From positions 58,909 through 122,908 of the forward strand of contig CAZZKJ010000003.1 of assembly GCA_964654695.1 (NCBI GenBank): a stretch of DNA of 64,000 nucleotides, read 5' to 3'. This document shows, in pieces, positions 56,137 to 64,000 of the stretch. This DNA comes from an uncultured bacterium (lineage in GTDB: Bacteria; Krumholzibacteriota; Krumholzibacteriia; WVZY01). A program made the position numbers and the translations under genes. Positions within the stretch are counted from its first letter, which is position 1; every line of letters starts with the position of its first letter. The notes under the pieces are model-generated. The model was not told the DNA's origin and searched no databases. It worked only from the letters and a program-made list of their open reading frames with translations.

Positions 56137-56882
56137 TGGAAAATCATTTGCAGATAAAAGGCCTTCATGCGTGTGTTGAGGGAAAAGAAATTCTTGCCGG
56201 GCTGGATCTTGAGATCCCTGCCGGAGAAGTTCATGCGGTAATGGGACCCAATGGTTCGGGAAAAAGTACTCTCGCGAACGTTATAATGGGCAACCCCGAA
56301 TACGATGTTAAGTCGGGAAGCATTTATTTCGGTGGTGAAAGTATTCTCGGAAAGACCGTGGATGAGAGGGCGAGGATGGGAATCTTCTTGAGCTTTCAAT
56401 ATCCTGTCAGCCTGCCGGGAATATCGGTCAGCCAACTGGTAAAAAAATCAGAATCGCTTGTCAACGGCGGATCCAGTTTCGCATCGATTAAATTGTATAA
56501 AAAGGCCCTGGCCGACGCCGCCATCAAAGCATCTCTCAGCGAAGATATGATAATCAGATCGGCGAACGAGGGATTTTCCGGCGGAGAAAAGAAAAAAGGA
56601 GAGATTCTCCAGATCGAGATGCTGAAGCCGGGCTTTGTTATACTGGATGAAATCGACTCGGGTCTGGATATCGATGCTCTGAATAACGTGGCGGGTGTGA
56701 TTAATGGATTGAGAGATCCTGAAAGGGCATTCCTGATAATAACTCATTACCAGAGAATCCTGTCGCTCATCAAGCCGGACCGAGTGCACGTGATGAAAGA
56801 CGGCCGGGTGATCAAGTCGGGCGATGCCGATTTGGTCGGCGAGCTGGAGCAGGATGGGTATGTCAACATGGAGGCGGCATAA
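56136..56882 (+). CDS. sufC: Fe-S cluster assembly ATPase SufC
   Basis: [31 protein letters not shown] and ITHYQR. Confidence 0.96.
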   Translation: MENHLQIKGLHACVEGKEILAGLDLEIPAGEVHAVMGPNGSGKSTLANVIMGNPEYDVKSGSIYFGGESILGKTVDERARMGIFLSFQYPVSLPGISVSQLVKKSESLVNGGSSFASIKLYKKALADAAIKASLSEDMIIRSANEGFSGGEKKKGEILQIEMLKPGFVILDEIDSGLDIDALNNVAGVINGLRDPERAFLIITHYQRILSLIKPDRVHVMKDGRVIKSGDADLVGELEQDGYVNMEAA

Positions 56883-58282
56883 TGAGCGGTAAAAACCTGG
56901 CCGTAAACCAACAGTACAAGTATGGATTTCATGTACCCGAGAACTATGAATTCAAATCCGCTCCCGGGCTCTCCAAAGAAGTAGTCGAGGAAATCTCTCG
57001 GCTCAAGGAAGAACCGAAATGGATGCTTGACTTAAGATTGCGCGCGCTGGAGATATTTTATTCCAAACCCATGCCAAATTGGGGCGCTGATCTTTCGGAG
57101 ATAGACTTCGATTCAATCTATTACTACATACGCCCCACCGACCGGAAGAAACAGTCTTGGGATGAAGTTCCCGAAGATATCCGTCTGACCTTCGACCGCC
57201 TAGGAATTCCAGAAGCGGAAAAGAAATTCCTGGCCGGCGTCGGGGCACAGTACGAATCTGAAGTGATTTACCATCGGCTAAAAGAACAATGGTCCAGGCT
57301 CGGAGTGGTATTTTTAGATACCGATTCCGCGCTTAAGGAATACCCGGAGCTTTTCAAGAAATATTTCGGAAAGATAGTTCCTCCCGGGGATAACAAGTTT
57401 GCAGCGCTCAATACTGCAGTATGGAGCGGAGGCTCTTTTATATATATACCGGCAGGAGTGGAAGTCGATATTCCCCTACAGGCCTATTTCCGCATCAATG
57501 CCGAATCTATGGGCCAGTTCGAACGAACGCTGATAATCGCCGATGAGGGCGCGAAGGTTCATTATGTCGAAGGTTGCACCGCCCCCATATATGCCCGGGA
57601 TTCGCTGCATACGGCCGTCGTGGAGATAATCGTGAACAAGAAAGCTCAGGTGCAGTATACGACCATTCAAAATTGGTCGAACAATGTGTATAACCTGGTT
57701 ACAAAACGAGCTTTGGCCATGGAAGACGCATCCATGATATGGGTCGACGGCAATCTGGGAAGCAAAATCACGATGAAATACCCGGCGGTTATCTTAAAGG
57801 GACGGGGCGCACGCGCGGATATTCTGTCAATGGCCCTGGCTTCCAAAGGACAGCATCAAGATGCGGGTGCCAAGGTGATTCATGCTGCTCCGGATACGCA
57901 TTCCACGATCAAGTCCAAGTCCGTGAGCCTCAAAGGGGGCAGAACTTCTTATCGTGGTTTGGTTAAACTCAATCGATCCGCCGAGAGATCGAGGGTGAAC
58001 GTTCAATGCGATGCTCTCATACTTGACGATAAAAGCATCTCTGATACTTACCCCTACATGGAGATCAAGAACAAGAATTCCAGGATAGAACATGAAGCAA
58101 GTGTGAGCAAAGTATCCGAAGAACAGATTTTCTATCTGTCTTCAAGGGGAATCCCCGAAGAAGAGGCTAGAGCGATGATTATTTCCGGGTTCATAGAATC
58201 AATCGTTAGAGAACTGCCCATGGAATACGCTGTAGAGATGAACCGTTTGATTGAACTGCAGATGGAAGGAGCAGTCGGATGA
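56882..58282 (+). CDS. sufB: Fe-S cluster assembly protein SufB
   Basis: [39 protein letters not shown] and EHEASVSK. Confidence 0.97.
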   Translation: MSGKNLAVNQQYKYGFHVPENYEFKSAPGLSKEVVEEISRLKEEPKWMLDLRLRALEIFYSKPMPNWGADLSEIDFDSIYYYIRPTDRKKQSWDEVPEDIRLTFDRLGIPEAEKKFLAGVGAQYESEVIYHRLKEQWSRLGVVFLDTDSALKEYPELFKKYFGKIVPPGDNKFAALNTAVWSGGSFIYIPAGVEVDIPLQAYFRINAESMGQFERTLIIADEGAKVHYVEGCTAPIYARDSLHTAVVEIIVNKKAQVQYTTIQNWSNNVYNLVTKRALAMEDASMIWVDGNLGSKITMKYPAVILKGRGARADILSMALASKGQHQDAGAKVIHAAPDTHSTIKSKSVSLKGGRTSYRGLVKLNRSAERSRVNVQCDALILDDKSISDTYPYMEIKNKNSRIEHEASVSKVSEEQIFYLSSRGIPEEEARAMIISGFIESIVRELPMEYAVEMNRLIELQMEGAVG

Positions 58283-59346
58283 ACTACCAACATCCCACAG
58301 TCAAAGAAGAGAACTGGCGGCGCACCAATCCCGAATTATTTGTTTTTCCGGAACGTACGTGCGAGCCGTCAGTTTCTATTGCTCACGAGGGAAGCTCGCT
58401 TCCGGGCGTCCATATAATGAAGCTGCAGGAGGCATGTGAGACATTTCCCCATATAATGGATGGATGCGAAAGAACAGGTTTTAATAATGATATTGCTAGG
58501 GCCGCAGCCGAACAGTCCGCGGATGGATACCTGGTTTATATAGACCGGGCCGGGGAATTCGGAGAAGGACCGGCCGTTAGCTTAAGTTTGGCGGCGGATT
58601 TGCCGGCATCGCTCAAAAATCTGATTATTATCGCCCCCGGCGCCGATGTGACATTGATTGAGCGCATGGACTCTTCTTCCTCGGGGAAACAGCTTCTGTT
58701 GTCGGCTCAGGCAATCATTGGAGCGGGAGCGACGTTGAGGTTGAAGAGATATTGGAATTTGGAGCGCAGGGCCTACGCGGATATAAGGATACTGCTTGGC
58801 GAAGATGCGCGTATTGAGATGAGTTCGTTGATGAATGTAACCGAAACCTGCAAAATCGACCAGCAGATCGATTTGAAGGAAGCGGGAAGCAGCGTGGACG
58901 AATTGTTTGTGAATATAGCTTTGAAAAATGCCCATGTTGATTTTTCGTCGAATATCAAGCATTCGGCGCCCTATACGACTTCCAGGCTGGAAGCGCGAGG
59001 CGCCTTATGGGACAAAGCCTACAGCCTCCATCATGGTGTCGTAAATATTTCAAAAGAAGCACGGGGATCGGACACCTATTTTGCCTCGCGAAGCCTCATT
59101 TTATCGCCGGACGGAAGAGCGGATTCGATACCAAAGCTAGAAATTGCCACGGATGAAGTCAAAGCGGGACACGGAGCTACTGTGAGCGATATCGATAGAG
59201 AGGCGGTCTATTACCTCATGACGCGCGGATTTCCCAGAAAGGATGCCGAGCTTCTTTGCGTCGAAGGATTCCTGGCTCCGATATTCGATAGATTTCCGGA
59301 GCTGGGTGCGGGCTATTTACAAAGGGAGAAAATAAATGCTGCGTGA
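58279..59346 (+). CDS. sufD: Fe-S cluster assembly protein SufD
   Basis: [22 protein letters not shown] and YYLMTRG; position in the operon. Confidence 0.9.
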   Translation: MNYQHPTVKEENWRRTNPELFVFPERTCEPSVSIAHEGSSLPGVHIMKLQEACETFPHIMDGCERTGFNNDIARAAAEQSADGYLVYIDRAGEFGEGPAVSLSLAADLPASLKNLIIIAPGADVTLIERMDSSSSGKQLLLSAQAIIGAGATLRLKRYWNLERRAYADIRILLGEDARIEMSSLMNVTETCKIDQQIDLKEAGSSVDELFVNIALKNAHVDFSSNIKHSAPYTTSRLEARGALWDKAYSLHHGVVNISKEARGSDTYFASRSLILSPDGRADSIPKLEIATDEVKAGHGATVSDIDREAVYYLMTRGFPRKDAELLCVEGFLAPIFDRFPELGAGYLQREKINAA

Positions 59347-60532
59347 GGATTTTCCGCTGCTGAGGGATAAAACGCTGGTTTACCTGGACAGCGCTGCAAC
59401 CGCGCAAAAGCCCGAAGTGGTTATCGAGGCGATGAGTGATTTTTACCGCAGTGCTTATGCCAACGTGCATCGCGGTGTTTACCCGCTGTCAGAAGAAGCA
59501 ACATCATTGTACGAGCAAGCCAGGAGCACCGTAGCTGGATTTATAAATGCAGATACGGAAGAAATAGTATTCGCAAAGAATACCACCGAAGCCATCAATC
59601 TGGTTGCTTATTCTCTGGGCGGTGGATTTGGTCCCGGGGATGCCATTCTGACAACAATGATGGAGCATCATTCGAATTTCGTTCCCTGGCAGCAGACGGC
59701 CAAAGCCCGCCGGGCGCGTTTCAGCGTTTTGCCGATAGATCCTCGAGGGGATCTCGACCTATCGCGCCTCGTCAGTGCGGTCAAGGACGGCGTAAGAATC
59801 GTGGCTGTTACTCATGTGTCAAATGTTCTGGGCTCGGTCAATCCTATCCGGGAGATTGCGGCCGTCGCTCATAAGTACGGAGCTTTGGTGCTCGTGGACG
59901 GTGCGCAGGCGGTCCCCCATATACCCGTGGATGTAAAGGATCTTGATGTCGACTTTTATGTATTTTCCGGTCATAAAACCTACGGCCCGAGCGGGATCGG
60001 CGTATTGTACGGCAGGCGGGATCTTCTCGAAACCATGTCTCCATTTCTCTACGGCGGCGATATGATCCGGGAAGTTCGTGTTAATGAAACGCTTTTTAAT
60101 GAGGCGCCGCATAAATTCGAAGCGGGGACGCCTCCCATCGCCGAAGCCGTGGGGCTGGCTCGGGCCCTGAAATATTTAAGCGCCGTCGGCCCGGATCGGA
60201 TTCACAAGCACGAGCAGTCCCTGATGAGAGAAGCTGGAAGTATTCTAGGAAGCACGCCGGGGGTAACGGTTTACGGTCCAGCAGTGGATAAAAGAATAAG
60301 CGTAGTTTCTTTCAATATCAATGGAGTTCATCCCCATGATGTTGCCGGGCTGCTCGGTTCGGATGGTATTTGCGTGCGCGCAGGACATCACTGCGCTCAG
60401 CCCCTCCATGAATCTCTCGGCCTTTCGTCGTCAGTCAGGTTGAGCGTTGGACTGTACAATAACCTGGAAGATATGGAAATTTTCGCGGAGAAGATCGGCC
60501 GGATAAGAAAGTTTTTTTCCAGGGCGGCATAG
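59336..60532 (+). CDS. sufS: Cysteine desulfurase SufS
   Basis: YLDSAATAQKP, NVHRG, SGHK (PLP Lys) and RAGHHCAQP. Confidence 0.96.
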   Translation: MLREDFPLLRDKTLVYLDSAATAQKPEVVIEAMSDFYRSAYANVHRGVYPLSEEATSLYEQARSTVAGFINADTEEIVFAKNTTEAINLVAYSLGGGFGPGDAILTTMMEHHSNFVPWQQTAKARRARFSVLPIDPRGDLDLSRLVSAVKDGVRIVAVTHVSNVLGSVNPIREIAAVAHKYGALVLVDGAQAVPHIPVDVKDLDVDFYVFSGHKTYGPSGIGVLYGRRDLLETMSPFLYGGDMIREVRVNETLFNEAPHKFEAGTPPIAEAVGLARALKYLSAVGPDRIHKHEQSLMREAGSILGSTPGVTVYGPAVDKRISVVSFNINGVHPHDVAGLLGSDGICVRAGHHCAQPLHESLGLSSSVRLSVGLYNNLEDMEIFAEKIGRIRKFFSRAA

Positions 60533-60599
60533 AATCCTTTTCTCCGCCGTGCTTGAAGTAATCGTTGTGAGTAAGCCTCGGCATTCAGGATGGCAATAA

Positions 60600-61013
60600 A
60601 TGATGGACTCTATATACCGGGAGAATATCATCGAGCATTACCAGCACCCGGATTTCAAAGGCCGGCTTGATGATCCTACAATATCCGGAAGGGACGCAAA
60701 TCCTCTGTGCGGAGATGATCTTACGATTGAGCTCAAAATATCCTCCAGCGGTTTGATTCAGCAGTGCTCCTTCCACGGCAAGGGATGTTCAATATCTCAG
60801 GCTTCTGCTGATATTTTGCTGGGCGAAGTAACGGGGAAATCCGTAGAGGAAGTAATGAAAATGACAAAAGAGGAAATGCTCGAACTGCTCGGAATTCCTC
60901 TCGGCCCCGTCAGGCTTAAATGCGGACTTCTGGCGTTTAAAGTAATCAAGGTTGCTCTTATAAAGCACTCCGGCGGAAGCCTGGAAAGTTTTGGCGAAGC
61001 TCGCAATTATTGA
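60600..61013 (+). CDS. sufU: SufU/IscU-type sulfur-transfer / scaffold protein
   Basis: NPLCGDD, GCSISQAS and R.KC. Confidence 0.9.
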   Translation: MMDSIYRENIIEHYQHPDFKGRLDDPTISGRDANPLCGDDLTIELKISSSGLIQQCSFHGKGCSISQASADILLGEVTGKSVEEVMKMTKEEMLELLGIPLGPVRLKCGLLAFKVIKVALIKHSGGSLESFGEARNY

Positions 61014-61073
61014 TTCCATCCACCATGTATTTCTATATCAAACTGCAAAATATTTCTTTAAAAGGCATCCTCC

Positions 61074-61103
61074 GTGACACTCCCCCGTGTCTTTTGATAT
61101 AAT
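61074..61103 (+). promoter_or_regulatory. sigma70 promoter (extended -10) for the ychF-like gene
   Basis: GTGACA-N18-TATAAT with TGn (TGATATAAT). Confidence 0.55.
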
Positions 61104-61143
61104 GAACATTTGTTGATTGCCGCTTTAATGAAAAGGAAATACC

Positions 61144-62217
61144 ATGCAGCTGGGTATTATCGGATTGCCGCAAACGGGAAAGAAAACACTATTCAATCTT
61201 CTTGCCGGCGTTTTGAATAAAAACCGGCATTTTGATTTTACGAAGCCGCTGAGCGCCGTGGCCGAGGTTCAGGATCCGAGATTTGATCGGCTCTCGTCCA
61301 TGTTCATCCCCAAAAAAGAAGTACGCAGCAGGCTGGAAGTTATTCTTCTTCCAAAGATAGAAGAAAAAACCCTGTCCCAGGGAAAAATTCTCGAAGAAAT
61401 GTCAAAGGTCGATGCTTTCTGCCATGTGGTCAGGCGATTCGAGAACGACGGCGTATATCACGCGCGGCAAACATTGGATCCGAAGAGGGATATAGATTAT
61501 GTTAACAGCGAATTCATCCTTCATGATCTGCTATTCATTGAAAAACGCCTGGAGAGAATTGATAAGGATCTTAGAAAAATAAAAGATGATACTGTCCTTG
61601 CTGAAAAAGAACTCCTCTTAAAAAAGAAAAACCTGCTGGAGTCCGAAGTGCCTTTACGTGTGATGCCTGTCTCAAATACTCAGGCCGGCATCATCGCTTC
61701 CTATCCATTTCTCAGCAGAAAAGAATTAATAATTGTGCTAAATGTATCGGACTTCCAACTTCAGGAATCTCAATATTACGGCGATCTCGTACGGCATTAC
61801 CGGGATTTGAATATCGAGTTGATTCCCCTGGCCCTCAAAACCGAGATGGAAATAGCAGCCCTTGATTCCGATACGGAAAAAGAGGAATTCATGAAAGAAA
61901 TGGGCATAAGCGAGAGCGCCCTTTCGGCTCTTACAAAAATGTGTATTCGCTCTCTGGGATTGATTTCTTTTTTCACCGTAGGCGCAGATGAAGTCAGACA
62001 GTGGTTCATAAGAAAAGGCTCTTCAGCCGCCGAAGCGGCCGGAAGCATTCATTCAGATATGCAAAGGGGATTCATTCGTGCGGAAGTCACGAAATACACC
62101 GACTTGATCGAATTCGGAGATGAAGACCGGGTCAAAGCTGCGGGGAGATTATATCTTAAAGGAAAAGATTACATAGTCGAGGACGGGGATATTTTAGGAA
62201 TCAGGTTCAGTGTTTAA
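61144..62217 (+). CDS. ychF: YchF/Ola1-family protein with degenerate G-motifs
   Basis: The YchF C-terminal TGS region is intact (SFFTVGADEVR.W.I..G, GSIHSD..RGFIRAEV, GKDYIVEDGD); G1 reads GLPQTGKKT and no DxxG is present. Confidence 0.85.
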   Translation: MQLGIIGLPQTGKKTLFNLLAGVLNKNRHFDFTKPLSAVAEVQDPRFDRLSSMFIPKKEVRSRLEVILLPKIEEKTLSQGKILEEMSKVDAFCHVVRRFENDGVYHARQTLDPKRDIDYVNSEFILHDLLFIEKRLERIDKDLRKIKDDTVLAEKELLLKKKNLLESEVPLRVMPVSNTQAGIIASYPFLSRKELIIVLNVSDFQLQESQYYGDLVRHYRDLNIELIPLALKTEMEIAALDSDTEKEEFMKEMGISESALSALTKMCIRSLGLISFFTVGADEVRQWFIRKGSSAAEAAGSIHSDMQRGFIRAEVTKYTDLIEFGDEDRVKAAGRLYLKGKDYIVEDGDILGIRFSV

Positions 62218-62243
62218 AACCGTAGAAGTTTTGCGGCCGGGTT

Positions 62244-62897
62244 TTAAACTGGGCCCCTTATGCCTCTTAAAAAAAGGCGGGTCATCTGACTCGCAAGAAA
62301 TTCAGCGTCCTGATATCTTTCTGAGCTGTACCACATATATATCCAGTTCAACATTCCAAAAAGATAAAGCGCGGCCAAGCGTGGTTCGATCACACCACCC
62401 TCCTGCTCGGCCAGCAGTTTTTCGACTATTTCCAGAGTTTCGTGAAAATAATCTTTTCTTTTTTCCAGGACCTGCTTGTAATATTTGCCTGACAAAGTTT
62501 CCAATTCGTGGGAACAAACCCGGAGTTCGTGCATATTTTGCAGGAAATGTTCGAGATGATTTTGCACCATAAGCTCCAATTGGCGAACGGGTTCGGATAT
62601 CGTTTCAATCTTGGTTCTTAACGATGTCACCAATGCGTTAAACGTATGGTATTGAATCAGATAGAGAAGCTCCTCCTTGCATGTGAAGTAATAATACAGT
62701 CCCGACAAACTCAAGCCCGTGGCTTTTGCAACTTTGCGTATCGTAGCTCGATCATAACCCTCGGAGGATATTATGCGGGCCGCAGCATGGAGGATGCGGT
62801 TAAGCTTATCATCAGCTCTCGTAGTGGAATTATTTCTTCTGGGGTATTTCATTGTTATTTTGCCGCTTGCGTCCGCTTTTCTCGGCGCCGTCGCCAT
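62244..62897 (-). CDS. TetR/AcrR family regulator (KstR2/PaaR-like C-terminal domain)
   Basis: GYDRATIRKVAKATGLSLSGLYYYFTCKEELL HTH; LFGMLNWIYMWY. Confidence 0.92.
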   Translation of the reverse strand: MATAPRKADASGKITMKYPRRNNSTTRADDKLNRILHAAARIISSEGYDRATIRKVAKATGLSLSGLYYYFTCKEELLYLIQYHTFNALVTSLRTKIETISEPVRQLELMVQNHLEHFLQNMHELRVCSHELETLSGKYYKQVLEKRKDYFHETLEIVEKLLAEQEGGVIEPRLAALYLFGMLNWIYMWYSSERYQDAEFLASQMTRLFLRGIRGPV

Positions 62898-62906
62898 CTC
62901 CTCGAT

Positions 62907-62920
62907 CGGACGACCGTTCG
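62907..62920 (-). promoter_or_regulatory. Candidate TetR operator (PaaR-type pseudo-palindrome)
   Basis: CGAACGGTCGTCCG on the minus strand has one mismatch to CNAACGNNCGTTNG and lies immediately downstream of the -10 box. Confidence 0.5.
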
Positions 62921-62949
62921 ATTCTATTTCATGAGCCCGGGATTGTCAA
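62921..62949 (-). promoter_or_regulatory. sigma70 promoter of tetR
   Basis: TTGACA-N17-TAGAAT on the minus strand. Confidence 0.75.
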
Positions 62950-62973
62950 GAATCCCATCGCGAGATTTATGTC

Positions 62974-63002
62974 TTGACGGGTTTCGGGGTTTGCAGTAAA
63001 TT
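62974..63002 (+). promoter_or_regulatory. sigma70 promoter of carA
   Basis: TTGACG-N17-TAAATT, back-to-back with the tetR promoter. Confidence 0.6.
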
Positions 63003-63018
63003 CCCGGAAAACCAAGTC

Positions 63019-63055
63019 GTCCTTTTAAACTGGCCCAGCGAGGCCAGAAAGGGAT
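63019..63055 (+). promoter_or_regulatory. PyrR-binding RNA stem-loop (pyrimidine attenuator)
   Basis: GTCCTTTTAA-ACTGGCC-CAGCGA-GGCCAG-AAAGGGAT: lower CCTTT/AAAGG stem, UUUAA segment and a CNGNGA hexaloop on a GGCC/GGCC upper stem. Confidence 0.75.
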
Positions 63056-63082
63056 TCGGATGTTGATAGGCGTTATTTCCAA

Positions 63083-63124
63083 AGCTCCTCGTGCAAATAA
63101 ACTTGCAAGAAGGAGCTGTTTTTT
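63083..63124 (+). terminator. Leader terminator-like hairpin 1
   Basis: AGCTCCT..TGCAA-ATAAAC-TTGCA..AGGAGCT followed by GTTTTTT. Confidence 0.6.
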
Positions 63125-63135
63125 GAGTAAACCCT

Positions 63136-63168
63136 CCCCCGGCCGGCCACAAAGCCCGGGGGTTTTTT
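63136..63168 (+). terminator. Leader terminator-like hairpin 2
   Basis: CCCCCGG-N13-CCGGGGG followed by TTTTTT. Confidence 0.65.
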
Positions 63169-63255
63169 GTGTCCGGATCATGGAAGGAAGGATTATTAAC
63201 GAGAATTCATTTTATTGGCGGTTTCAAAATGCGGTCAAACGGAGGCGCAGAATTC

Positions 63256-64000
63256 TTGGGTAATAAAGAAAAAGGCAGGTTGGTTCTGAAAGACGGATCG
63301 GTGTATGAAGGCGTATTGATAAACACCGGAAAACTTCCCCTCAGAGGAGAAGTGGTTTTCAATACTTCCATGACGGGATACCAGGAAATACTGACCGATC
63401 CCTCATATGCCGGGCAGATAATAGTCATGACGTATCCGCAAATAGGCAATTACGGAGCCGTCGCCGGGGATTTCGAGTGTGAAAAATCAGCAGCCGCAGG
63501 CCTCGTGGTAAAAGAATTATCGCCTTTTTTTTCGAGGGCTCCCGGCAGATACGGTCTGGAGGCATTTTTGAAAGACCAGGATATAACCTGCCTGGCGCAA
63601 ATCGATACGCGCGCTGTGACCAGAAAGATTCGGTCCAGTGGAACCGTAGGAGGAGCCATCGGCGGGAGGAATGCCAGCATATCATACCTTCAAGCCGAAG
63701 CCGCCGCTGCAGAAAGAGATCCTAACCTGGTTGGTTCGGTATCGGGCACGGCGCGCGGGAAGCACTGTAAGGGCAGGAAAGCGGCGATTATAGACCTGGG
63801 CGTTAAAAAAAGCATAATCGACAGCATCGCCGGATTTGGAATCGATACTTATGTGATGCGGTCGGATTTTAAGGCTGATGAAATAATATCCGGTGATTAT
63901 GAATTTCTTGTTCTTTCCAACGGTCCCGGAGACCCGGTTCAGGTACCGCAGGTTGTCCGCGAAGTAAGAAGGCTGCTCGGGAAAATACCGATGCTCGGAA
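63256..64000 (+). CDS. carA: Carbamoyl-phosphate synthase small subunit (3' truncated by the window; absent from the ORF track)
   Basis: TTG start after GGAGG; GEVVFNTSMTGYQEILTDPSYAGQIIVMTYPQIGNYG, IDTRAVTRKIR and LSNGPGDP; the window ends at KIPMLG, just before the expected catalytic Cys. Confidence 0.95.
   Translation, partial: MGNKEKGRLVLKDGSVYEGVLINTGKLPLRGEVVFNTSMTGYQEILTDPSYAGQIIVMTYPQIGNYGAVAGDFECEKSAAAGLVVKELSPFFSRAPGRYGLEAFLKDQDITCLAQIDTRAVTRKIRSSGTVGGAIGGRNASISYLQAEAAAAERDPNLVGSVSGTARGKHCKGRKAAIIDLGVKKSIIDSIAGFGIDTYVMRSDFKADEIISGDYEFLVLSNGPGDPVQVPQVVREVRRLLGKIPMLG

Noticed and set aside
63060-63263. Arg-rich upstream ORF (ends KRRRRILG*, overlapping the carA start) as an arginine-sensing leader peptide
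   Set aside because: Two of the four Arg codons are simply the carA RBS (CGG AGG). Stalling there under Arg starvation would block rather than induce carA, and the PyrR loop already explains the leader.
1-64000. CRISPR arrays, rRNA, prophage, toxin-antitoxin or known anti-phage defence genes
   Set aside because: No regularly spaced direct repeats, rRNA signatures, phage structural genes, integrases or recognisable defence domains were seen by eye. An HMM scan would be needed to exclude very divergent members.

Overview
Housekeeping chromosomal segment of a diderm bacterium (Tol-Pal, an outer-membrane beta-barrel, exosortase H). The gene mix (class V FBP aldolase/phosphatase, split PntA, Firmicutes-like sufCBDSU, M49 peptidase, PyrR-type leader) would fit an FCB-group candidate phylum; that placement is inference only. 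In order: 3' end of tpiA, secG, tRNA-Leu(GAG), DUF4139, DUF4446, MATE, rhomboid, RND adaptor plus two permeases, trxA, DUF302, exosortase H plus a catalytically degenerate paralogue, peptide ABC transporter, PP-loop tRNA-thiolation-like enzyme, cutA, OM barrel, REC-PAS-HK, orphan FlgM-like gene, a patatin / two FAD oxidoreductase / DUF62 operon, fbp, GT-C glycosyltransferase, ECF sigma / anti-sigma / YbjQ, YtnP-like MBL, two unusual exported proteins, tolQRAB-pal-cpoB, two CNNM/CBS proteins, dipeptide epimerase, acpS, MFS, hsp20, a CxxCH-containing hybrid kinase, PMM/PGM, DPP III, pntA1A2B, rrf2-sufCBDSU, a degenerate YchF, TetR and 5' carA. Features missing from the ORF track but readable in the sequence: tRNA-Leu, an IS3-family scar, a peptidase gene remnant in frame with the GT-C stop, a PyrR-binding loop with tandem terminators, sigma54-type promoters and candidate operators. 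No CRISPR array, prophage, rRNA or intact transposon was seen. The best candidate for an undescribed system is the patatin / tandem FAD-oxidoreductase / His-less DUF62 operon (23119-27450). All family assignments come from motif recognition by eye; no database search was run.
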